Assembly: GCF_026210795.1 (NCBI RefSeq)
Contig: NC_089429.1
Coordinates: forward strand, 1,798,001-1,862,000
Origin: Rhizophagus irregularis
Lineage: Eukaryota
DNA length: 64,000 nt
Reading direction: 5' to 3'
The notes under the pieces are model-generated. The model was not told the origin of the DNA. It worked only from the letters and a program-made list of their open reading frames with translations, and made no database searches. Shown in pieces: positions 27,256 through 36,600 of the stretch (position 1 is the first letter of the stretch; each line of letters begins with the position of its first letter). The translations under genes and the position numbers were made by a program.

Positions 27256-28848
27256 ATGGCATGTTCAAAATTATTTTCAGGAGATTTACCTCACGAGTTA
27301 TTAAACGAAGTTATACAAAATTTTCATTATGATTATAAAACATTACATTCGTGTATATTGGTTAATAGATTATGGTGTCGTTTAGTAATTCCATTATTAT
27401 GGGAAGACCCATTTTCAAAGGATTATCCCAAAAATTACCAATTCATTGAAATTTACTTTTCTAAATTAAATGAAGATGACAAAACAAAATTTAATGAATA
27501 TGGAATTAAATTTGATTTATTACATTCAAATACGTTATTCAATTATCCTAGTTTTATTAAATACTTGGATACAAATAAAATTCGTCATTCTATTGAAAAT
27601 TGGGCTGTTGGGGCAACAACAACTTCACGTTTACAAGTGTCAGACTTCACAAAATTAATTTTTAGGTTATTATTTGTAAAATTCATTGAAAATGAAGTAA
27701 ATTTGCATAGTTTTAAAGTTAGGCCATGTGCATGTTTTAATGAAATTTTAGGATTAATACAACAAAATCCAAAATTCATTTGTAATATTACAAATTTTAA
27801 ACTAGATTGGAGTAATTCATTTGATGACATAAGAGAAATTTTAAGAATCCTCTGTTCTAATTGTTATTCAATTTCATCACTTTATTTTTTTCCATTTCCA
27901 GAATATGCTAAGAATGAAAAAAGTTTATCGCAATTAATCAAATCTCAAAAAAATCTTCAGAAGATTTTATTTAGTTATAATCATGAATACACATTGTATC
28001 ATCCGTTATTATCATTACAAAATTCTAATTGTTCAAATACGTTAAATACAATTATTTTTTATCTTGTTGATTTTAAAAATATAGTTGTTTTAAGTGAAGT
28101 ATTTAATCAGTTGAATGTTTTAGAATCAATTCATATCGTTTATTGTTATTCCATGTATTCTAATTTTATTCATCAAATTAATAATATTACAAAACCATTT
28201 AAATTGAAAACTTTATTTTTGAATGAAATCATCTATGAATCGTTGGAACTGTTATTACAAAAGTCTGGCAATTATTTAGAAAATTTAAATTTTAGATACA
28301 CTAAACCACGACAATTCCAAAAATTACTACGATTACTTATAAAATATTGTAGTAATATTAGTAATATTAAATATATTGATTCTATTTGTGTATATAGTCA
28401 GAATAATTGTTATTTACTACTACTTAATTTAATTAAAAATATTACACAAAAACTTAATTATCTTACAATTACCGTATCTAATTCAATTTTATTGAAAAAT
28501 TTAGGACAAATTCTTCCTTTTAAATTAGAATATTTGGATCTGAGCCTTTTAAGTGATTTAGTTAATGCAAGTGATTTGGAAATATTCTTGAAAAAGTCTC
28601 AAAATACTTTTATTAAAAAATTGTTAATCAGTACTGATATAGGGAGAAAAGATGATGATATTTTACCTTATATAGAAGAACATATTATGAAAACGAAAAG
28701 AGTTAAATATTTAGCTTTAGAAGTTTGTCGTGAGGATTTGTTTTTTCAGACGGACAAAGTAAAGGAATTTGCATTACATAATATTTGTGTTTTTAAGTAT
28801 AATGATTTGAAATTTGATATAATTAATTTTCTAGAAGAAATTCATTAA
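27256..28848 (+). CDS. F-box-like domain protein (intronless paralogue 1)
   Basis: MACSKLFSGDLPHELLNEVIQ...TLHSCILVNRLWCRLVIPLLWEDPF N-terminus, followed by Leu-rich RNI-like repeats. Start set at ATG 27256 by alignment with paralogues. Confidence 0.9.
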   Translation: MACSKLFSGDLPHELLNEVIQNFHYDYKTLHSCILVNRLWCRLVIPLLWEDPFSKDYPKNYQFIEIYFSKLNEDDKTKFNEYGIKFDLLHSNTLFNYPSFIKYLDTNKIRHSIENWAVGATTTSRLQVSDFTKLIFRLLFVKFIENEVNLHSFKVRPCACFNEILGLIQQNPKFICNITNFKLDWSNSFDDIREILRILCSNCYSISSLYFFPFPEYAKNEKSLSQLIKSQKNLQKILFSYNHEYTLYHPLLSLQNSNCSNTLNTIIFYLVDFKNIVVLSEVFNQLNVLESIHIVYCYSMYSNFIHQINNITKPFKLKTLFLNEIIYESLELLLQKSGNYLENLNFRYTKPRQFQKLLRLLIKYCSNISNIKYIDSICVYSQNNCYLLLLNLIKNITQKLNYLTITVSNSILLKNLGQILPFKLEYLDLSLLSDLVNASDLEIFLKKSQNTFIKKLLISTDIGRKDDDILPYIEEHIMKTKRVKYLALEVCREDLFFQTDKVKEFALHNICVFKYNDLKFDIINFLEEIH

Positions 28849-29656
28849 TTATTCATGCAATTTAGATTGTTATAAATTAAGTTCTTTCAAGCATAAGAAT
28901 TTAAAGAGATAATTTCAATCTTACTATGCTTTATTTTATTGCATAGCAAATGAAGTATCATAGTCAATTAGATATTCTATTAATAAAATTGTTACATATT
29001 TTGGTAGTGATCAGTTAGATTATTATGCTTATAAATACTTATAAAGAAAACAGATTTTTTTATCATAATCAAGATATAATTATTTAATCTTAAAAATGAA
29101 TCTATAAAATATGTAATAGTTATTTCACGGGGAGTCATGATATTTATGCGACACGTCCAGTGGGGTTGCACTGTTAACTATGTAAATCAAAACTATATCA
29201 AGTCGTCTAAGATTTTTGTATAGTTAACATTTTAGAGTCTAAATTTATAGATGAAATTTTGATAATAAATTACTATAAAAAACAGCACATTTTTTTTAGA
29301 TGCACAGATCGAACAATTTCTTCTTTCTCAAATATTTTCACATTTATTAGCTTCTTCAAACTATCTTTACAAAATTACGAAGCTATTTTTTACATTTACT
29401 GGCATTTAAAATAAACATTCATTATGTGATAATGTGTGGTTATCTAGTTTATAGCTAACTATGAATACAATAATTAATAAATAACAAAAGGATAATTAAA
29501 ATATTCTTGATATTTTCAATGATTTTTTATACAATATAAATTATAGTAGAATTATTTATTTAAATTATTGTATTTTAATTTTATTCTTTAAGAATTAATA
29601 TGATAGCATGACTTTATTTATAGTGATAAAAAAAAATAATTTGAATACATAAATAA

Positions 29657-31261
29657 TTAATCAATTTCATTTATAAAATCATAAACATTTATAAACAAAT
29701 CATCATAATTTGAAACTTGAATATCATATAATTGAAATTCCTTTACTTTATCCTTCTGAGAAAACAAATCTTCACTTTTTCCATTACAAGTTTCTAAAAT
29801 AGCTAAATATTTAACTCTTTTCTTTTTCATAATATATTCTTTTATAGAAGGAAAAATATCTTGACTTTCTTCTTTCTTGTTATTTTTAATTAACAATTTT
29901 TTAATAAAAGTATTTTGAGAATTTTTCAAGAATACTTCTAAATCACTTGTTTTAGCTGAAAGACCCAGATTCAAATATTCCAATTTAAAAGGAAGAATTT
30001 GTCCCAAATTTTGTAATAAAATTGAAGTACCACGGTCATTAATTGTAAGATAATTAAGATTTTGTGTAATGTTTTCAATTAAACTAAGTAATATATTAAC
30101 ACTCTCATTATATGACCAAACAGGACCCAAATATTTAATCTTACTACAATATTTCACAATTAAATGTAATATTTGTTGTGATATATTGTCTGCAATTCCA
30201 AAATTTTCTAAATAATTTCCAGATTTTTGTATTAAGAATTTTAAGGATTCAATTTGCAATTCATTATGAAGAAATAAAGATTTTAATTTAAAAGGTTTGG
30301 TAATATTAATAATTTGTTGAATAAACTTAGAATCTAAAGAATGACAATAAATAATATGAATTGATTCTAAAACATTTAATTGATTGAAGATTTCAGCTAA
30401 AATACTTATATAATTAAAATCAATATTATGAAATATAATTGTGTTTAAAGTATTTGAACAATTATAATTTTTTAATGATAATAATAAATCGTATGAGGGA
30501 GAATAATTATGAGTAAAGGAAAGCTTTTTAAGATTCTCTTTAGATTTAATTATTTGTGATAAACTTTTTTCATAATATGTTGGTATAAATAGAATATAAA
30601 GTGATGAAATTGAATTACAATTAGAGTAAATAAAATTTAGAAAATTTGTCATGTTATTGGTTATTTTATAAACATTAATTTTAAGATGTTTAATATTACA
30701 AATGAAATTCGGATTTTGTAAAATTAATTCAATAATCAAATAAAAGTGATCTGTAGTCATTGTAACTTCAAAACTATGCAAATTTACTTCGTTCTCAATG
30801 AATATTAGAAATAATGACTTATAAATTAATTCTATAAGTGAATATAATAAAATTGTATCTCGTATGGAATAGCTAGAATATTGCTTTTCAGTTGTTGAAG
30901 ATTCAACAGTTGCAATCCATTTTTCAATAGAATTACAAACTTTTGATACATCTAAACGTTGAATGAAACTAGGATAATTAAATAATGTATTTGAAGGAAA
31001 TAAGTCATTATGAACTACGTATTCATTTAATTTTGTTTTATAATCATCATTTAAATTGCGTAAATAAATTTCAATAAATTGATAATTTTTAGGAAATTTA
31101 ATTGAAAATGGATCTTCCCATAATAATGGGATTGCTAAACGACACCATAATCTATTAACTAATATACATGAACGTAATGTTTTATGGTCATAACGAAAAT
31201 ATTGTATAACTTCGTCTATTAATTCAGGTAATTCTCCTGAAAATAACTTTGAACACGCCAT
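29657..31261 (-). CDS. F-box-like domain protein (paralogue 2)
   Basis: 534-aa ORF MACSKLFSGELPELIDEVIQYF...SCILVNRLWCRLAIPLLWEDPF, colinear with the other five copies. Confidence 0.9.
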   Translation of the reverse strand: MACSKLFSGELPELIDEVIQYFRYDHKTLRSCILVNRLWCRLAIPLLWEDPFSIKFPKNYQFIEIYLRNLNDDYKTKLNEYVVHNDLFPSNTLFNYPSFIQRLDVSKVCNSIEKWIATVESSTTEKQYSSYSIRDTILLYSLIELIYKSLFLIFIENEVNLHSFEVTMTTDHFYLIIELILQNPNFICNIKHLKINVYKITNNMTNFLNFIYSNCNSISSLYILFIPTYYEKSLSQIIKSKENLKKLSFTHNYSPSYDLLLSLKNYNCSNTLNTIIFHNIDFNYISILAEIFNQLNVLESIHIIYCHSLDSKFIQQIINITKPFKLKSLFLHNELQIESLKFLIQKSGNYLENFGIADNISQQILHLIVKYCSKIKYLGPVWSYNESVNILLSLIENITQNLNYLTINDRGTSILLQNLGQILPFKLEYLNLGLSAKTSDLEVFLKNSQNTFIKKLLIKNNKKEESQDIFPSIKEYIMKKKRVKYLAILETCNGKSEDLFSQKDKVKEFQLYDIQVSNYDDLFINVYDFINEID

Positions 31262-31450
31262 ATTAAGCGAAAAGTAAGAAGAAAGAAAAAGGATTCCGAA
31301 ATTAGAAATTACGTCAAAATATGAAGTAGGGATTAGTTATGTATCATATGATTTGTACATATGATCTACTTTGCTATAAAAAAAAAAAACTCTCTCCTGC
31401 ATAAATCGATTTTCATAAGAATCCGCAGCAAAATAAAATTTACTAGAAAT

Positions 31451-33565
31451 ATGGGTATAACACCGTCAAGAGAAGACTTCGTAGCCCTAGAAGGATACGC
31501 AAAAAAAAGCGAAGAAGAGCGCAGAGCAATAATACAAAACGCGGGAATGGAAATAACCGATAACGACAAAGAGATAGCACAATTTTTGGGTTCAGAAGAC
31601 GAAATACTAGGTTGTTTTATTAGGGGAATAATCACGATATGCTTAAGACACTTTAACAACCAAAGAACAAAAGAATTTAACGAATACATAGAAGATTACA
31701 AGACAGCAACAAACGATATGATACAACAAAAAACTGTAGAAATGAACGAATGGGCCCGACTAAAAGAAGAACAATGGAACATCAAAGAAGAATATTATTT
31801 CAAAAATACATCGATAAAAGCGCACCAAATACAAACCGAACTAGGAGCGGTAGATAACGAAGACAGGATAAGGATAGAAAAACAGGAAAAAGAGAAAATT
31901 ATGAATGAATGTAGAAAGATAACTATGAACAACCTCGACGAGGACAGCGACAAAGACGAAGAGATAATTCAACATACGTGGGAAATAGAAAGCAACACAC
32001 CCAGTGAAGAATCATGGGACGAAGGGAAAATGAACCAAAAATACCACGTTTACAACAATGCATCACACCAGACAAATGAAAACACCAATAATACTTCGAG
32101 AATGCAGGTCGAGAATAAAAATAGAAATTTTACAAAATCAAGAGACCAATCATTAACAATGGCGATCACTGCCGATCACAACATGGGAGAAAAATCTAAT
32201 AAAAGTAAAGAGTCCGTGCATCAACCAAAATCGGAAAAAGATCTGAAATATTTCGCAGGACTTTTTACAGTCCAAATAAGGGATGGACAAACTGACCAAT
32301 CGATAATAGATTATCTCAACACCAATAAAATTTTAGAATATCACGTGAACACACTAGGTAGAACTACTCATCACGGCAACGAATACACGTACTTAGGCTT
32401 TTTCACAGAAGCAGCGAAAAACGATTTTATAAACGACGGAAGAATATTGGGAACGATAGGAAAATTCAGAGATCTAGAATGGTTAAATAAATTGAACAAA
32501 ACAATCATCATATCAGCAACCGGAATAGACGGAGAAAACACAGATATCAACGAAGTTATCCAAGCAATAGAAGACAAATTAGGTAAACTCAAAAACGTAA
32601 CACAAAAAACAGGAAATGGAAAATGGATAAGTATGAAACTAGAAATGGACATTAAATGTACAGAGGACGAACTATTTAACACCTGGGGAGTCCTAGTCAA
32701 AAACAAAATGATAAAAATCGAACCAATGAATTACAAACATCATATAACCAAACAACGAGGAAGAATTATGGCGGAAATACTCGATATACCTAACGAAATC
32801 GATGAAACAACATTCTCAAAAATACTTAACACTACCAACGCAAGATATTGGTTCAAAACCAACAACAGGATGAAAGGAACATACAACATGAAAATATACT
32901 TCAACAACGATGAAGACAGAAAACAAGCAATTAACAAAAAAATCAAAATCGACGGAAAGATTTTTACTTGGTTTTTTCGGACTGGACCGGGAAGACAGAA
33001 TAATTTTCGTAATGAAAGAAGAAATGATAATGGATTTGGCAAACGATTTCAACAAGAAATGTACGATGGAAGAAAGACCGGAAGATCCAGATGTAATATA
33101 TGCAAAAGGAATAACCACATCACAGACGAATGTTATTTCAACAATAGAAACAGAACACATGAAAACAGAAGAAACTGGAACGACAACTGGAATGAAACAT
33201 ATAGATATAGAAAAGGTAGATACGACAATGAAGGAAAGTTCAGATATGACACGCAACAACAACAATTCAGTGATCACGACGATAACAGATACAACGCCTA
33301 CACCAACAGAGGAAAACAAATACACTCAAGAAGAAGATTCAACAACAACATTAACAGAGAAAATGGCAGAGATGAGACTAGAGGAAACCGACAAAGTTTT
33401 TACCACCAACAACAAAGATATAATGGATACAATAACCATAACAACAACGGTCACAACACAGAGAGATACAACGAGAATGGAAAGAACAACTACAACGGAT
33501 ACAACAGAGATTGGAATGAAGGAAACAGTTCCAATGATAGGCGTCGAATGGCTAGACGCTATTGA
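31451..33565 (+). CDS. LINE ORF1 (gag-like nucleic-acid-binding protein)
   Basis: CCHC knuckle CNICKRNNHITDEC, RRM-like region and N/R/G/Y-rich tail. First ATG inside the element is 31451. Confidence 0.85.
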   Translation: MGITPSREDFVALEGYAKKSEEERRAIIQNAGMEITDNDKEIAQFLGSEDEILGCFIRGIITICLRHFNNQRTKEFNEYIEDYKTATNDMIQQKTVEMNEWARLKEEQWNIKEEYYFKNTSIKAHQIQTELGAVDNEDRIRIEKQEKEKIMNECRKITMNNLDEDSDKDEEIIQHTWEIESNTPSEESWDEGKMNQKYHVYNNASHQTNENTNNTSRMQVENKNRNFTKSRDQSLTMAITADHNMGEKSNKSKESVHQPKSEKDLKYFAGLFTVQIRDGQTDQSIIDYLNTNKILEYHVNTLGRTTHHGNEYTYLGFFTEAAKNDFINDGRILGTIGKFRDLEWLNKLNKTIIISATGIDGENTDINEVIQAIEDKLGKLKNVTQKTGNGKWISMKLEMDIKCTEDELFNTWGVLVKNKMIKIEPMNYKHHITKQRGRIMAEILDIPNEIDETTFSKILNTTNARYWFKTNNRMKGTYNMKIYFNNDEDRKQAINKKIKIDGKIFTWFFRTGPGRQNNFRNERRNDNGFGKRFQQEMYDGRKTGRSRCNICKRNNHITDECYFNNRNRTHENRRNWNDNWNETYRYRKGRYDNEGKFRYDTQQQQFSDHDDNRYNAYTNRGKQIHSRRRFNNNINRENGRDETRGNRQSFYHQQQRYNGYNNHNNNGHNTERYNENGKNNYNGYNRDWNEGNSSNDRRRMARRY

Positions 33566-33624
33566 CCGGCAACTATACCAAAACACAACAACAGAAGAAG
33601 AAAATGAAGAAAAAAGAGGCGTAG

Positions 33625-36600
33625 GTGAAGAAAATTTTAAAAGAGAACGAAGAGGAAAACATCACAACAAATAAAACAAAAAAAGGAAAAACTTACATAA
33701 AACAAAAACAACAAGAAAATAATAAGAAAAAAGAAAAACATAACAAACTAAAAATAGGTTGTATAAACGTAAGGGGGATGAACGATACAAAAAAACAAGG
33801 CGATATAAGAAAATTTTTATCAAAAGAAAACTGGGATATAGCAATAATTAATGAAACTAAACTAAAAGAAGCAAAAGGTAAATATATATACAAAGGCTGG
33901 GATAAATACAAATGCATTAACAGTAGCTACAACAACGAAAACAACAAGAATGGAATAATAATAATGATAAGAAGAGATATCTACGATAGAGGATATAAGA
34001 TAGAAACAATCAACGGTCACGTGATTAAATTCGACTTATTATTCAAAGGAAATCAGAAAAACATAAGAATCATAGGAATATATAATCCAAATAACGACAA
34101 ACCAACTACGAATAACATAGAAAAACATTTGGCAAAATGGATGAACGAAGCAATAAACCTAGAATATGAAACGATAATTTTGGGAGATTTCAATGAATCA
34201 GCCAATAACAAGAAAAAATTAAAACCGTTAACAAACACAATCAAGAATCATGGCTTACAAGACATTCACGAAAGTTTAACAGTAGCGGAAGATAGACTAG
34301 ACACTTGGAAGAGTGGAGACAATTCATCCAGGATAGATTTTATTTTCGCAAGCGAAGGCTTTCAAGAAAGTATTATAAGTCATGAGATACTAGAAATAGA
34401 AGACTTCGACACAGATCACAAAGCACTAACAGTTAAAATAGAAATTAAAGAAAAATTAGGAATAAACAAACCCGGATTTATGAAAGAAATAAAAAAGGAA
34501 ATAAGACACATAAAATTAGAACAAGAAGATTGGAAAGAAATAGCAGAAGAAGTAGAAACAAGATTAGAAACGTTAGACCAGAATACAACACAACATTTAA
34601 ATCGAGAAATGATATGGAAAACGATAGTAGATATATACGACGAAGAAAAGAATAGACAACTAATTAAAATCAGAAAAAGAAAAGAAGATTCAAAAAAAGA
34701 TAGAGACGAAAGTTTAATGAAAACAAACGAAGAAAGATTAGAGGAATTAATCACAGAATACGAAAACTTAGAAAAAATTGATACAATAGAACATGGAATC
34801 AGTAAGATAACAGATAAAGTTATAAAGAAATTATGGCAAGATAGAAAAGCCTTTCAATACAAATATAATTTCAAAGAATTCGAAGAAACAATAATAATAG
34901 AGCAATGGGGAACAACGGACACAGGTAAACACAACGCGGTAAAACTAGGAAAATTAATCAACATACATGATAGACTCGAAAAAAACATTGAATACGGAAT
35001 CACGATAGATAAACTAAGAAAATATAGAAACCGCAAAGATTTAAAAGAAAGAAGAACAAAAAGAGCAGAAATTATGAGAAGCCTATATGTGGAAATTAAT
35101 AGCCTGAACATAGAAATAAACATAAGAAAACGCGAAACGTACCTAGAAGAAGACATAGGAAAAATGTTAAATAGAATTTTAGAAAAAAAGAGAGAGAAAA
35201 TTAATATGACAGGATTAGTAATAAAAGAGAATGGAAGAATCACGATAGAAAAAGACAAAAAAAAGATAAAAGATAAAGTATTAAAACATAACAAAGATTG
35301 GACAAAGAAAAGAGAAATAGACCTAGATGAACTAGAATATGATCCGGAGTGGAGAGAGATCTATACACCTAATGAAGATATAAACGAAAATATTTACAAA
35401 AATCTAATGACACCGATAAGGATGGAAGAACTAGAAAGGGTATTACAAAACCTAAAAACAAATAAAGCACCAGGATCAAGTGGTATAACTTACGACTTTT
35501 GGAAGAAAAGCGGAAACCTAACGAGGAATTTATTATTAAACATCTTTAACGACAGCATGGCCAAAGAGAACGTAACGGATGAATGGAAAAAAGGATTTAT
35601 ATATCCGATAAATAAAACTTCACGTTCAAATTGGAATCAAGATTTAAATTTGACGAGACCGATAGTGCTCTTAGAAACGGCAAGAAAAATTTGGTTTAAA
35701 ATATTGGTAAATAGATTAGGCGAAATTTTAACAAAAGAACAGATTTTGACAAATACGAATTTTGCAGCACTAAAAAACGAAAGCACCCTAGAGCCAATAA
35801 AAATCATCCAAGCAATAATAGAAGACGCTAATAATTACAAAAAAGAAGCATGGATACTATTGATGGATATATCCAAAGCTTACGATTCAGTAAATACAAC
35901 AATGCTAAAAAGAAGCCTGGAAAGAATTAAACTGCCACCAAATTTTATTAACATAGTTATGGACGTCAATTTAAATAGATTTAATAGGGTGCTAGTAAAC
36001 AACGAACTTACAGATGAATACCATGTAGAAGACGGTATCGACCAAGGTGAAGTATGGTCACCGATACTGTGGAGAATTTTTTATGACCCGCTTTTAAGTA
36101 GATTAAATGAAATGAAAGAGGAGACAGGTTACAACTTTTACGAGGAAAAATTAATCGATAATAATAAAAAAGATAAAGAAATACTTGAAATATCGATTAA
36201 CGTTACGGCATTTATGGACGATACAACGCTTATCAGTAAAAATAAAAAACAATTAGAAAAAATGATTGAGATATGTCATCAATTTTTTAATATAAATGAC
36301 ATAAAAGCAAACGTATCGAAATATGAACTTATAAAAATAAATAATGATAAAGAAGAACTTTTAATTAAAGGAGAATCAATCACAAAAACAAATAGTGAAG
36401 AAGGTAATCGTTACTTAGGAATATTTTTTAGATACGACAACAAAAGAGAAATATATAAAAAGAAAATAACATCAATAATCAATAACGCCTGCAATATATT
36501 TAATTGGAAAAGATTAAACGAAAAACAAATCATAGCGGTTTGGAATATAGTTATTATACCAAGGATAGAGTATCAGCTGGCAGCCATAGTCCTAAAGAAA

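Noticed and set aside
31361..31450. ORF-track start of LINE ORF1 at 31361
   Set aside because: This ATG lies outside the element, upstream of the TSD. The first internal ATG is 31451.
32910..33674. 254-aa Thr-rich overlapping ORF, plus the many antisense ORFs within the LINE
   Set aside because: Explained by extreme A-rich/T-poor strand bias and low-complexity AAC/ACA codons. No domain features.
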